NCBI GenBank assembly: GCA_900544605.1
Contig: UQVP01000001.1
Coordinates: 21,858-85,857, forward strand
Length of the DNA stretch: 64,000 bases
Direction of reading: 5' to 3'
DNA from: an uncultured Mycoplasmatota bacterium
GTDB taxonomy: Bacteria > Bacillota_I > Bacilli_A > RF39 > UBA660
Both the position numbers and the translations under genes were made by a program. How positions within the stretch are numbered: position 1 is the first letter of the stretch; each line of letters begins with the position of its first letter. Below, piece after piece: positions 39,422-50,280 of the stretch. Under the pieces are notes generated by a model that saw nothing but the letters and a program-made list of their open reading frames with translations, did not search any database and was not told where the DNA came from.

Positions 39422-40675
39422 ATGAAACAAATAAAAATAGAAGGTAAACATGTATTAGAAGGAACGATTAGAATTAGTGGAGCTAAAAATAGTGCTGTAG
39501 CACTTATTCCAGCCTCTTTACTTTCTGATGGTGTTGTCACTATAGATAATGTTCCTAATATATCAGATATAGATGCATTGTCTGAAATATTGGAATTTTT
39601 AGGAGTAACAGTAGAAAAAAAGGAAGGATTAATAAAAATTGATTCATCTAATTTAGTTAATAGAGAAATACCTGAAATGATTTCAAGTAAGTTGAGAGCA
39701 TCATATTATTTTATGTCTGCTCTTTTGGGAAAATATAAAAAAGTTGAAATGTATTTTCCAGGAGGTTGTTCGATTGGAGCTAGACCTATTGATCAAACTT
39801 TAAAAGGTTTTAAAGTTTTAGGAGCCGAAGTAAAAGAAGAAGGAAATAAATATACTATAACCGCTGAAAATTTACATGGTGGTCACGTTTATCTTGATAT
39901 GCCTAGTGTAGGAGCAACAATAAATACAATATTAGTTGCAGTTAGAGCTAGTGGTAAAACAATTATTGAAAATGCTGCTAAAGAGCCAGAAATCGTGAAT
40001 GTTGCAACCTTTTTAAATAATATGGGGGCTAAAATTACAGGAGCAGGAACAAGTGAAATAAGGATTACCGGTGTTAATCATTTAAATGGGTGCTTTTCTG
40101 AAGTAATTCCTGATAGAATAGAAGCAGGGACATATATTATAGCAGGTGCCCTAACAGGCCATAATTTAAGAATAGAAAATATTATTCCTGAACATGTTGA
40201 ATCATTAACATTGAAATTAAAAGAAATAGGTGTTCCAATTGAAATTGGTGATGACTATGCTATTGTAAGTAAAACAAGCAATATGAAAAGTGTTAATGTT
40301 AAAACTTTAGGATATCCAGGATTTCCTACCGATTTACAACAGCCATTAACTACATTACTAACTCAATGTACTGGTAAATCGATTTTAGAAGAAACAATTT
40401 ATGAAAATAGATTTAAAAACGTTAAGTATTTAAATAAAATGGGAGCTAATATAGAAATTAATGACCGAAAAATTTATATTCAAGGTCCAGCAGACTTAAA
40501 AGGTTCAGAAGTAGTAGCTACTGATTTACGCGCAGGTGCTGGTTTAATTTTGGCAGGTCTTATAGCAGAAGGAACAACTGTTGTAAAAGAAGTAGAACAT
40601 GTACTAAGAGGTTATGACAGTATCATTAATAAATTAACAACTGTTGGTGCAAAAATAGAATTAAGCGAAGAATAA
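39422..40675 (+). CDS. murA: UDP-N-acetylglucosamine 1-carboxyvinyltransferase
   Basis: EPT fold, active-site Cys region (GGCSIGARPID). Confidence 0.9.
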   Translation: MKQIKIEGKHVLEGTIRISGAKNSAVALIPASLLSDGVVTIDNVPNISDIDALSEILEFLGVTVEKKEGLIKIDSSNLVNREIPEMISSKLRASYYFMSALLGKYKKVEMYFPGGCSIGARPIDQTLKGFKVLGAEVKEEGNKYTITAENLHGGHVYLDMPSVGATINTILVAVRASGKTIIENAAKEPEIVNVATFLNNMGAKITGAGTSEIRITGVNHLNGCFSEVIPDRIEAGTYIIAGALTGHNLRIENIIPEHVESLTLKLKEIGVPIEIGDDYAIVSKTSNMKSVNVKTLGYPGFPTDLQQPLTTLLTQCTGKSILEETIYENRFKNVKYLNKMGANIEINDRKIYIQGPADLKGSEVVATDLRAGAGLILAGLIAEGTTVVKEVEHVLRGYDSIINKLTTVGAKIELSEE

Positions 40676-40733
40676 ATTAATAAAATTTTAATATAATTTA
40701 AGTAGGATTAACCCTACTTTTTTTGGAGGTAAA

Positions 40734-41447
40734 ATGAAAAAAATTTTATTGATTTTAATAGTTTTTATTACTGTTTTTTTAATTTATTTATTCAATATTG
40801 ATACAAAAATATATTATTTATCGTTAGAATCACTTAATGAATATAATGATGAAAATGGTGATTACGATGAATCAATCATTAATTATTTAACAACTAATAA
40901 GAAATTAGAAAAAGCGGTAGTTGAATTTTCTAAAAATAATTATCTAGTTAATGATTTATCAAAAGATATTAAAGATAATAAAAAAACAACTGTTGGTGGT
41001 AAAAATATAACTTTAAAAAATACTTTAATAAAAGCCGATTTAGTAACTATGTTTGTTGGAATGAATGAAATAAATAATCAATTATTATTATCAAAGACTA
41101 GTAATTTAAAACAATATAACTATGTTGATAATTTATTGATAGATCTAGATAAATTATTAAGTTTAACAAGAGAGTATTGCAAAGAAGATATTTTTATAAT
41201 AGGTGTTTACTATCCTTATCAAGAATACAAAACTGAATTGGTAGATTTATTTTCGTACTATAATGAAAGGTATAAAGAATTGGCAAATAAATATAATATG
41301 AAATATATAGATATATATAATCCATTTCTAGAAAACGCCTCTTATCTTTCTTCCAGTGGTAATATTTCTCCATCACTTAAAGGATACAAATATATTTCTG
41401 ATCAAATAATTATTACAATTAATGAAACTGTTTTAAAAAATGGTTGA
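40734..41447 (+). CDS. Membrane-anchored/secreted hypothetical protein, possibly SGNH/GDSL-type hydrolase
   Basis: N-terminal TM anchor; weak GDSL-like block LVTMFVGMNE; assignment tentative. Confidence 0.35.
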   Translation: MKKILLILIVFITVFLIYLFNIDTKIYYLSLESLNEYNDENGDYDESIINYLTTNKKLEKAVVEFSKNNYLVNDLSKDIKDNKKTTVGGKNITLKNTLIKADLVTMFVGMNEINNQLLLSKTSNLKQYNYVDNLLIDLDKLLSLTREYCKEDIFIIGVYYPYQEYKTELVDLFSYYNERYKELANKYNMKYIDIYNPFLENASYLSSSGNISPSLKGYKYISDQIIITINETVLKNG

Positions 41448-41526
41448 TTTTATAAAAAAAACTTGTTATACTATATGAGTATTAAATTTCTATGGCATGA
41501 AATTGCTATGGCGGAAGGAGATAACT

Positions 41527-41736
41527 ATGAAAAAAGGAATACATCCAAATTATGTAGAAACAGAAGTAACTTGTGCTTGTGGAAACAAATTCACAGTAAA
41601 ATCAAATAAACCTTCTTTACATTTAGAAGTTTGTGATAAATGTCATCCATTTTTTACAGGTGTTCAAGGAAAAGCTGCAAAAACTGGTAGAGTTGAAAAA
41701 TTCAACCGTAAATATGGTTTAAACCAAGAAAAATAA
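41527..41736 (+). CDS. rpmE: 50S ribosomal protein L31 (start moved to MKKGIHPNY)
   Basis: MKKGIHPNY...C..C...C..CHPFFTG zinc-ribbon L31; RBS GGAAGGAG. Confidence 0.9.
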   Translation: MKKGIHPNYVETEVTCACGNKFTVKSNKPSLHLEVCDKCHPFFTGVQGKAAKTGRVEKFNRKYGLNQEK

Positions 41737-41764
41737 GAGCTAGTATTTAGCTCTTATTTTTTGT
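41735..41764. terminator. Bidirectional terminator between convergent rpmE and ATP-grasp gene (AGAGCTA-gtatt-TAGCTCT plus T-rich)
   Basis: Read from sequence. Confidence 0.65.
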
Positions 41765-42754
41765 GTATTCAATTATTTGTTCTGCAAAAAAGTTAAGAAT
41801 TTCTTTTCTTTTTTTTCTGTCAGCTATAAATTCCAAAAACAAATTAGGATCCAAAAGTTCAACTTCCATTACTAAGAATTTCTTTTTTTGTTTTACAAAA
41901 TCAATTCTTAGGAATAGATTATCTTTATATTCCTTAATGTTTAATATGTTATTAACTATTTCAATAATTTTATGATCGATTTTATCAGCTGGTATATACT
42001 TTATCATATTAGTTTTAGTAAAAGCATTTTTATATTTAATAATTCCGTGTGTAATCTTGTTATTAATACAACAAATTGAGTATTCACCATCAAAAATTTC
42101 TTTCATAAATGGTTGAACCATTAATTTTGATTTATTATTCTTGTATTTGTTATAAACTTCATTAATATCTATAATATTATTAAATTCATAACGATTATCC
42201 CCTACTAAGTAGACATCTTTACTTCCCTCTGATATTGTTGGCTTTAGAACAATTAAATTGTTTTCTAAATCATTATTTGTTTTTAAATCTAAAATACGTG
42301 ATTTAATATTTTTATTTATAGGTAGAAAGAATGTTTTAATTGTTTCAATATTATATTTGTTCAGAATATCAAATTGAATTTCTTTATCATAATTATTTTT
42401 AATAACATTAATAGGATTTAAAACTTTTATTTTTTGAGTTTCAAGCATATTAAGCCAGTTTTCAAATTTAGTTTTATTTTCTTGAAATCCCCAAATGCTC
42501 CTTATTATAATTAAGTCATATTTTGAATAATCAATTGTTTTGTCTTCCCATGATATTATATCTACTTTGCAGTTTTGTTTGTTTAAACTATGTTTTAAAT
42601 ATAAATCCTCTAATGATTTATTTTTCCATTTATCACAAGAAACGATTGCTACTAGTTTATTATAAGAATTAGATTTTAATAAATCATAGACAATAAATAG
42701 TTTTTTTTCAATAAAAACAATAATTTTTTTTATCAAGTTTATTATTTTTCTCAT
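41747..42754 (-). CDS. Putative ATP-grasp family ligase (RimK/YheC-D-like), substrate unknown
   Basis: 335 aa; pre-ATP-grasp-like N-terminal half and a VLKPTISEGSKDVYLVG block typical of ATP-grasp nucleotide-binding region (judged by eye); start overlaps upstream aminotransferase stop. Confidence 0.45.
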   Translation of the reverse strand: MRKIINLIKKIIVFIEKKLFIVYDLLKSNSYNKLVAIVSCDKWKNKSLEDLYLKHSLNKQNCKVDIISWEDKTIDYSKYDLIIIRSIWGFQENKTKFENWLNMLETQKIKVLNPINVIKNNYDKEIQFDILNKYNIETIKTFFLPINKNIKSRILDLKTNNDLENNLIVLKPTISEGSKDVYLVGDNRYEFNNIIDINEVYNKYKNNKSKLMVQPFMKEIFDGEYSICCINNKITHGIIKYKNAFTKTNMIKYIPADKIDHKIIEIVNNILNIKEYKDNLFLRIDFVKQKKKFLVMEVELLDPNLFLEFIADRKKRKEILNFFAEQIIEYTKNKS

Positions 42755-44364
42755 TATTCTAAACCTTCCACTGCTTTTCCTATTAATTCAAAATTTAATA
42801 TTAAATCATTAATATCTAAAGAAAATCCTACTCTTATAATAATTTCATCTTCGTAAGGCCATGATATATTTAATCCAGCAATACATTTTATTCCTGTTTC
42901 TTTATAAAGAAATTTTAAAAAATCTGCATCATTATTGATAGTTTCACCATTGTATTTCTTTCCTTTTAGTTGAGTAAAATCAGCAATAGCAAAGAATCCA
43001 GAATCTGGATAAACATCTTTTCTAAGCTCAACACCTGGTATTCCTTTTAATAATTTATTTTGTAAATTTTTATCCTTTGTATATTTATTAATATCTTTTA
43101 TTATTCTTTTTTTGCATTTTAAAGAATTAATACTATCAATGCCATCAATTAATGCTTGCAATAAATTTAAATGGTATATATATCTTTTAATTAAAGGCTT
43201 AAAATATTTTTTAGCGATTTTATAACGTCTATTAGTTCCATTAAAAGCTCCTGCAACTACCTGTGTTTGTAAAAGAGAAATAGAACCCATATCAGAAGAA
43301 ATAATATCACAAATTCCACTGCATATAGGAGCGGGAGCAACTATAAATCCTGCTCTAACAGATGCTAATCCATACGATTTTGATAATCCTAAAAAAGAAA
43401 TAGTATTGTTAAAATATTTAGGCATACTGGCCATTGGTATTGCAAGATCATTTTGATCATATGTTAAATCTCGATATATAAGATCATCAATTACAAAAAC
43501 GCCTTTCTCTAAACATACATCTCCAATACTTTTTAGAAGATCAATATTTTTAGAGTTCATAACTCTACCAGTAGGATTATGAGGATTCATATTAAAAAAT
43601 GCTACAACTTTTGGAATATAATCTAATTTACCTTCAAATTTTTCTTTTAAATTTTTATTTATTTCATCAATTTTCTTTTCTAGACTTTTTGGATTTACGT
43701 ACCAATCATCTTCTTTTTTTAAGTCAAGTATTTCAACATGAGCGTTTATTTTTTCAGTTTCTACTGTAAATAATCCATAATTAGGTCCTGTCATAATTAC
43801 AACATCCTCTGGTCTACAGATTGTTTTTATTATCATACCATAGGCATGTGTTGTAGAATAAGCAAAAACAATATTTTCAACACCAAGTCCGTCATAATTT
43901 TCACTCTTTTCGGCTTTAAATCCTTCTCTAATTAGATAATTAATAACATTTTGACATCCTAATGATTTATCGGTTACAGATGGATAACGGTATAAATATT
44001 TGCTTAATAATAAGCGCATAACATATTCTTCACACATAGGAAATGGCTTACTTCTTAGTGGAATACCACTTCTAATTGATCTATGTTCTGTCAAATTATA
44101 TTTACTATTAGTGCCAATTTCTTCAAGATCACGATATAATAAATCAAACCCAACAGCAATTTTTTTAGCAGCAGGATAAAAATCTTGTTTATCCTTTCTT
44201 TCTCCAATACTTTTATATTCAGAAACAGATCTTGGGTTTAATTTAATATATTGTTCTAAAGCTTTAGATGCATTTTCTTGATGAAAGTTAACACTTTTAA
44301 CATCTAGGTCTTCATTTAAACATTTTTTTATTACTGATTTTAATTTGGTCTTTAAGTTGATCAT
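42754..44364 (-). CDS. PLP-dependent aminotransferase (class I/II fold) with about 130-aa N-terminal extension
   Basis: NPHNPTG motif and PLP-lysine block SKSYGLASVRAG; 536 aa. Confidence 0.75.
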   Translation of the reverse strand: MINLKTKLKSVIKKCLNEDLDVKSVNFHQENASKALEQYIKLNPRSVSEYKSIGERKDKQDFYPAAKKIAVGFDLLYRDLEEIGTNSKYNLTEHRSIRSGIPLRSKPFPMCEEYVMRLLLSKYLYRYPSVTDKSLGCQNVINYLIREGFKAEKSENYDGLGVENIVFAYSTTHAYGMIIKTICRPEDVVIMTGPNYGLFTVETEKINAHVEILDLKKEDDWYVNPKSLEKKIDEINKNLKEKFEGKLDYIPKVVAFFNMNPHNPTGRVMNSKNIDLLKSIGDVCLEKGVFVIDDLIYRDLTYDQNDLAIPMASMPKYFNNTISFLGLSKSYGLASVRAGFIVAPAPICSGICDIISSDMGSISLLQTQVVAGAFNGTNRRYKIAKKYFKPLIKRYIYHLNLLQALIDGIDSINSLKCKKRIIKDINKYTKDKNLQNKLLKGIPGVELRKDVYPDSGFFAIADFTQLKGKKYNGETINNDADFLKFLYKETGIKCIAGLNISWPYEDEIIIRVGFSLDINDLILNFELIGKAVEGLE

Positions 44365-44500
44365 AAAACAACCTCCGTATTAATTATAACACGTATATTA
44401 TTAAACATAAAGAAAATTTTATGTGCTTTTTAAATACAAAAAAGAAACAACGTTTGTTGAAAGTGTTGGGAAATTCTTACTTTTAACTAACTTTGCTTCG

Positions 44501-45733
44501 TTATTTTTTAATTATTTTTTTAACTGTTTTATAAGTCTTAAACATGAAATTATATAAACAATATTTAGGTTTTGATATTATTAAGTCAAATTCTCCAATT
44601 AGTTCAACAACTCGTCCGCCAAAACCTCTTTTAAATTCATAAACACCATACATATCATTGTTTTCTTTTTCAAAATTACCACTTATACCATAGAAGTTAT
44701 ATATTTCACATCCTAAATTTAAGGCTTCTTTCATCGTATGCCATTTTATCAAATATTGAGCATCATAATGCATAAATTCTTCATAAGCTCCACCAAATAA
44801 ATTTAAATATTCTTTTCCACATACAATAGACATTGTGCCTGCCAAAGGGATTTTATCACCATATTTTTTTTGGTAACTCTCGTATAGTTCTATTTTCTTT
44901 TTATAATCTTCTATATCTTTCAAATGATAATCTTTAATATCTTGGTACCCTTCAATCTTTTTTATTTCATCTTTAAATTTATTTATACCTAAATTTGTAT
45001 CAAGGTAGCACACATTTATTATTAGGTTCTCTCCAATTTTATCATACATGTTTTCATAATACGAATAAGGTCTATCAATGAAATCACGTCTAGAACTTGT
45101 GTGTTCCATTATTTTTTTGTAGTCCATTAGTTTATCTTTAGAAATTCTTTCAACAACTAAACCTTGCTTTTCTGTTCTTCTAATCGTTTTTCGATAATGT
45201 TTACTAAAGTTAGAAAAAATTTCATCTTCGGTCTTACCTTTTAAATCTAAAACGTACATCCAACGAGGTTGCAATTCTTTAGATATATCTTTGTTAAAAC
45301 CATAATGTTTAAAGCCTAATTTCTTTAAATTTTCTACTACTTTGGAGTTGTCAACTCCACCTTCAACGATATTTCCATCAATATCTCTTGTTTTGTATTC
45401 AACATAGGGATCTATTTTCAAAATAAACCCGTTTTCCCTTTTTACATATTCTTTAATTTCCAAAACAAACTCTTTTAATAATTCTTCATCATTATAATCA
45501 ATTAAAAAACCTCTTGGTGAATAAAAAAGCTTTAATCCTAGTGGGAGATTTTTAAATAATAATAAAGTTGCTCCAACAATTTTATTATTTTTCTTCATTC
45601 CTACTAATTTGTAATTCCAACCACCATCTTTTTTTAGTTTTCCCCAATATTCTTTTTGATAAAAAGTTGTATATTTATTTTTTGAGATATATTCTTCATA
45701 TTCGTTACTTTCTAATTCTTCTATTTTCATCAT
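44501..45733 (-). CDS. FemAB-family aminoacyl-tRNA-dependent peptidoglycan branch-peptide transferase (paralog 1)
   Basis: 410 aa; two GNAT-like lobes with coiled-coil insert typical of FemA/FemX/MurM; similar to the two downstream paralogs. Confidence 0.75.
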   Translation of the reverse strand: MMKIEELESNEYEEYISKNKYTTFYQKEYWGKLKKDGGWNYKLVGMKKNNKIVGATLLLFKNLPLGLKLFYSPRGFLIDYNDEELLKEFVLEIKEYVKRENGFILKIDPYVEYKTRDIDGNIVEGGVDNSKVVENLKKLGFKHYGFNKDISKELQPRWMYVLDLKGKTEDEIFSNFSKHYRKTIRRTEKQGLVVERISKDKLMDYKKIMEHTSSRRDFIDRPYSYYENMYDKIGENLIINVCYLDTNLGINKFKDEIKKIEGYQDIKDYHLKDIEDYKKKIELYESYQKKYGDKIPLAGTMSIVCGKEYLNLFGGAYEEFMHYDAQYLIKWHTMKEALNLGCEIYNFYGISGNFEKENNDMYGVYEFKRGFGGRVVELIGEFDLIISKPKYCLYNFMFKTYKTVKKIIKK

Positions 45734-45923
45734 ATCCCTCCAAGCCTAAGGCAATTATATCACGCCAACAAAAATCTGTAAATAAATATAGGTTAAAATA
45801 ACTGACACTAGTATATCTGTTTTTAATGTCGTTTATTGACTAGTTTAGTGATTTTCTTTAAAAAACTTTTATTAAAAATTATTTTGTAGTATGATATTAA
45901 TAGTTATGATTGGAGGGAATTTA

Positions 45924-47162
45924 ATGAAATTCGAAATATTAAGTGAAGATGAATATAATAATTTTTTTGACAATCATGAACAAAAAACATTTTTAAATAG
46001 CCCTAATATTGGTAAAATTCGCAAACTAGAAGGTTGGAATTATGAATTTGTTGGTGTAAAAGATGTCGACAATAAAATAATAGGCGTTACTATGTTATTG
46101 TCTAGGAAAGAATTTCTAGGTAAAAAAGAATTTTATGCAATTAGAGGTTTTTTGTTAGATTACAATAATTTTAAGTTACTATCCTTTTTTACAGATAATA
46201 TTAAAAAATATATAAAGAAAAATAATGGCTTTATATTAAGAATTGATCCCTATATTATCAAACAAGAACATGACTTAAATGGAAATGTTATGCCAAATGG
46301 AAAAAATAATATTATGGCTATAAAAAATCTATTGAAACTAAATTTTAAGGAACATACACCAGAGCAAACAAAGTGGATGTTTGAACTTAATACTGAAAAT
46401 AAGACTATAGATGAACTTTTAAAAGATATGAAAGCTAATACTAGAAATTGTATTAAAAGAACTTTTAAAAATGGAATTAACATTAGAGAACTTACTTATG
46501 ATGAGCTACCTCTCTTTTATAAAATAACAAATGATACTAGTAAAAGAAAAGGTTTTGAAAATAAAACTTTAGAATATTATCAAGACATGTATAAATTTTT
46601 CAAACCAAGTAATCAAGTTAAATTTTTGGTGGCTGAATTAAATACAAAAAATTATAAAGAAAACCTAGATAATCAATTAAAGACAGAAGAGAATATTTTA
46701 AGAGGAATAAAAAATAATAATAGTGGAAAATATAAAGAACAACTAGTAAAGATTAATAGTATTAAAAAAAATCTCAAAGAATCATCTGAGTTGATAAAAA
46801 AAGGAGATATAATCATTTTATCAGCAGCAATGTTTGTTATGTATGGAAATGAAGTTATTTATCTTGCTAGTGGAAATTACCAAGAATATTTTAATTTTTT
46901 TGCTCAATATAGAATTCAATATGAAATGATTAAATATGCAACAGAAAATAACTTTAAAATATATAATTTTTATGGTATAAGTGGTAATTTTGATATCAAT
47001 GATGATAGAATTGGTGTCTATGAATTTAAAAAAGGATTTGGTGGATTTGTAGTTGAATTAATTGGCGAGTATAGATTAGATATTAATAAATTATGGTGCA
47101 TTCTTTATGATTTTGTTAATGTTATTAAAAATAATATAAAGAAAATAATAAATGGGAAGTGA
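45924..47162 (+). CDS. FemAB-family peptidoglycan branch-peptide transferase (paralog 2; start moved to MKFEIL, RBS GGAGGG)
   Basis: Shared blocks with paralogs 1 and 3 (WN(Y/F)...VG..., GFGG(F/R)VVELIGE). Confidence 0.75.
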   Translation: MKFEILSEDEYNNFFDNHEQKTFLNSPNIGKIRKLEGWNYEFVGVKDVDNKIIGVTMLLSRKEFLGKKEFYAIRGFLLDYNNFKLLSFFTDNIKKYIKKNNGFILRIDPYIIKQEHDLNGNVMPNGKNNIMAIKNLLKLNFKEHTPEQTKWMFELNTENKTIDELLKDMKANTRNCIKRTFKNGINIRELTYDELPLFYKITNDTSKRKGFENKTLEYYQDMYKFFKPSNQVKFLVAELNTKNYKENLDNQLKTEENILRGIKNNNSGKYKEQLVKINSIKKNLKESSELIKKGDIIILSAAMFVMYGNEVIYLASGNYQEYFNFFAQYRIQYEMIKYATENNFKIYNFYGISGNFDINDDRIGVYEFKKGFGGFVVELIGEYRLDINKLWCILYDFVNVIKNNIKKIINGK

Positions 47163-47166
47163 TATT

Positions 47167-48435
47167 ATGAAATATGAATTTATAGAAAAAATTGAAAAAA
47201 AAGAGTATGAAAAATTTGTGGAAAATCATCCAACTAAATCACATTTTATGCAATCGTGGAATTTTGGGGAAATAAGTAAAGAAAAAGGATTTATTCCTCA
47301 TTTCGTTGGCGTTAGGAAAAATAAAAAGTTAGTAGCAACAGCTTTACTACTTCAAAAAAAATTATATAAAAATATTTGTTATTTCTATAGCCCTCGTGGT
47401 TATGTTTTAGATTTTAAAGATTATGAATTATTAAAATATTTTACTAATCAAATTAAAGAGTATACCAAAAAATATCATTCTATTTTTACAGCAATAGATC
47501 CTGATGTACAACTTCAAAAGTTAGATATTAATGGAAATGTTGTAGAAGGAGATCATAATTATGCATTAGTTGAATATTTAAAATCGCTAGGTTATAAACA
47601 TCTTGGTTTTAATAAAAATTTTGAAAATAAAGAACCAAGATATACATTTAGATTAAATTTAGAACCAAGTATAGAGGAAATACATAAAAATATGCATGCA
47701 ACAACAAGAAAAATTCTAAATAAAGGTAATCAGTATAACTTAGATTGTTATATTGGTGATTCTTCAGATTTAGATGGATTCTATTTTACGATGAAAGAAA
47801 CAGCAGTTCGAGAGGGTATAACACCATTTAAATATTCATACTATAAATCTTTTTATGAAACATTTAATAAAGATAATGAAAGTGATTTATATATAGTAAG
47901 AGTTGATATTAATAAATTAAAAGAAAATTATAAAAATCAAATAAAAGACATTGAAAATAGTATTGACAATCTAAAAAATTTAAAAAATAAAGAAAAAGCT
48001 AATAATTTATTAAAAGATTACAATAATAAATTATCTAGATTAAATAAAGATTTTGAGTTAATAAATAATATAAAGGAAGATAAATTAGTTTTATCATCAA
48101 TTATAACAGTAAAATATGGTAATAAAGTTTGGACTGTTCATGGTGGTAATTGCAATAGATTAAGAGAATTGAATGCCAATTATTTAATATACGATAAAAT
48201 CATTTGCGATGCTAAAAAGGAAAATTATCAAATAATTGATTTCTTTGGAACAACTGGCGCAGACTCAGATGATAATAAAATTCATGGTATCCATTTATTT
48301 AAAAAACGTTTAGGTGGAGAATATACTGAATTTATAGGTGAATTCCATTTAATAACAAATAAAGTTTTATATGTTTTATATCAAAAATTATTACCATTAT
48401 ATTCAAAAATGCGTAAAAAAATTGCTAAAAAATAA
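47167..48435 (+). CDS. FemAB-family peptidoglycan branch-peptide transferase (paralog 3; start MKYEFIEK)
   Basis: As above; tandem with paralog 2. Confidence 0.75.
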   Translation: MKYEFIEKIEKKEYEKFVENHPTKSHFMQSWNFGEISKEKGFIPHFVGVRKNKKLVATALLLQKKLYKNICYFYSPRGYVLDFKDYELLKYFTNQIKEYTKKYHSIFTAIDPDVQLQKLDINGNVVEGDHNYALVEYLKSLGYKHLGFNKNFENKEPRYTFRLNLEPSIEEIHKNMHATTRKILNKGNQYNLDCYIGDSSDLDGFYFTMKETAVREGITPFKYSYYKSFYETFNKDNESDLYIVRVDINKLKENYKNQIKDIENSIDNLKNLKNKEKANNLLKDYNNKLSRLNKDFELINNIKEDKLVLSSIITVKYGNKVWTVHGGNCNRLRELNANYLIYDKIICDAKKENYQIIDFFGTTGADSDDNKIHGIHLFKKRLGGEYTEFIGEFHLITNKVLYVLYQKLLPLYSKMRKKIAKK

Positions 48436-48538
48436 GTATCAATTATAATAGTAAAGTGCCTTTTTATAAAGGCATCTTTATTATTTACACAATTTTTAAT
48501 TAATGTTATAATTATATTTACAGAATGGATAGTGAAAT

Positions 48539-50176
48539 ATGAAAAAGAATACTTTTATAGAAGGTGCCTTTATATCCACCTTTTCAATACTAATTTGTAA
48601 AATAATAGGATTATTATATGTAATTCCTTTCTATAGCCTAATAGGTAACAAAGGTGGAGCCTTATATAGTTATGCATACTCTATATATGCTATATTTTTA
48701 AGTTTATCAACATGTGGTATTCCTTTAGCAATTTCTAAAAATATTAGTGAATATAATGAGCTTGGATATCATAAAGCTAAAAATGATGTATACAAAATAG
48801 GAAAATATGTCATTCTAGGTTTGGGATTATTATCATGCTTAATTTTACTAATTTTTGCGCCTAATATAGCTTACTTAATTATAGGTAATGTAGAAGGAGG
48901 AAATACAATTGAAGATGTCAGTACTGCTATAAGAATTGTATCTTTATCATTGCTTATAGTTCCCTCTTTAAGTGTAACTAGAGGATATTTAAATGGACAC
49001 AAGATGATATTACCAACAAGTATATCAGAAGTTCTTGAACAAGTAGTAAGAGTATTAGTGATTGTAGTTGGTAGTTTTTTAACAATAAAAGTTTTTAATC
49101 TCCCAACTAATGTGGCAGTATATATAGCTGTAGCTGGTGCTGGAATAGGTGCTTTAGTTGCTTTAATATATTTAAAATTAAAATTAAAACGTAATAAAGA
49201 TGCTATTGTAAATGAATCTGAAAATGAACCTGAATATAGAAAAAAGGATATATTTAAAAAAATCGTTTTATATGCCTTACCTTTTGTAGTTATAGATTTG
49301 ATTAGATCTGCTTATGGTATGGTTGATTCATTTACAGTTGTAAAAACTATGGTTAATCTTGGTTATGATGTAAGTGTTGCAGAAACAACAATAGGCGTTT
49401 TATCTACTTGGGCAACAAAATTAAATATGATCGTAGCGTCTGTAGCTTTAGGTTTTGTTACTAGTTTAATTCCTAACATTGCAGGAAGTGCAGCAAAAAA
49501 AGATTTAAAAGATGTTAATAACAAAATTAATGAATCATATAAAACTCTATTATTTGTTGTTTTACCAATGACTATTGGCTTAAGTTTCTTAGCTCAACCT
49601 GTTTGGGTAGCATTCTATGGTTACAATAGTCTAAGTATAGGAATATTTAAATATTATATCCTTCAAGCAATAATATTCTGTGTTTATACAATTGCTCTTA
49701 ATTTAGCGCAATCTATGAATCAATCTAAAATATCTTTAGGATCATTGCTAGTAAGCTTTTTATTGAAAGTAGTTTTAAATATTCCAATGATGAAATTATT
49801 TGTAATGATGGGAATCGAAGCTTACTACGCACCAATAATTACTAATATTCTAGTTCAAGGTAGTATAACATTATTTATTATGTTGGCTTTAAAACATAAA
49901 TTTAAATTTGATTATAAAGATACTACTAAAGCAATATTAAAAATGCTTTTAACGTTAACTATAATGGTGCTAATACTTTCAGGCTTATCTTTAATTATCC
50001 CACTTACAGTAACTAGTAGATTAAAAGCAATTTTAACAATTATCCCATATATTCTTGTTGGAGCTGCTATCTATATTGGTATGTCTTATAAAATAGGACT
50101 ATTAAACGATATGTTTGGTGCTAAAAAAATAAAGACAATTATAAATAAAGTGAAAAGTAAAATTACAAAGAAATAA
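48539..50176 (+). CDS. MOP-superfamily flippase (MurJ/SpoVB/YtgP-like, 14 TM)
   Basis: 545 aa polytopic; N-terminal region resembles SpoVB/MurJ family. Confidence 0.7.
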   Translation: MKKNTFIEGAFISTFSILICKIIGLLYVIPFYSLIGNKGGALYSYAYSIYAIFLSLSTCGIPLAISKNISEYNELGYHKAKNDVYKIGKYVILGLGLLSCLILLIFAPNIAYLIIGNVEGGNTIEDVSTAIRIVSLSLLIVPSLSVTRGYLNGHKMILPTSISEVLEQVVRVLVIVVGSFLTIKVFNLPTNVAVYIAVAGAGIGALVALIYLKLKLKRNKDAIVNESENEPEYRKKDIFKKIVLYALPFVVIDLIRSAYGMVDSFTVVKTMVNLGYDVSVAETTIGVLSTWATKLNMIVASVALGFVTSLIPNIAGSAAKKDLKDVNNKINESYKTLLFVVLPMTIGLSFLAQPVWVAFYGYNSLSIGIFKYYILQAIIFCVYTIALNLAQSMNQSKISLGSLLVSFLLKVVLNIPMMKLFVMMGIEAYYAPIITNILVQGSITLFIMLALKHKFKFDYKDTTKAILKMLLTLTIMVLILSGLSLIIPLTVTSRLKAILTIIPYILVGAAIYIGMSYKIGLLNDMFGAKKIKTIINKVKSKITKK

Positions 50177-50280
50177 CATTTATTATGTCCAAAAATTGTT
50201 ACCGATAAAAAATTGTCTAAAAATGGCATTATTAAAATCTCAAAGATATGATATAATGTTGATAGTAGGAGAGGTGAAAC

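Noticed and set aside
41747-42754. Calling the ATP-grasp-like ORF a D-Ala-D-Ala ligase paralog
   Set aside because: A canonical ddl is present at 61841-62821. This ORF is shorter and lacks Ddl N-terminal motifs. It was kept as a generic ATP-grasp with unknown substrate.
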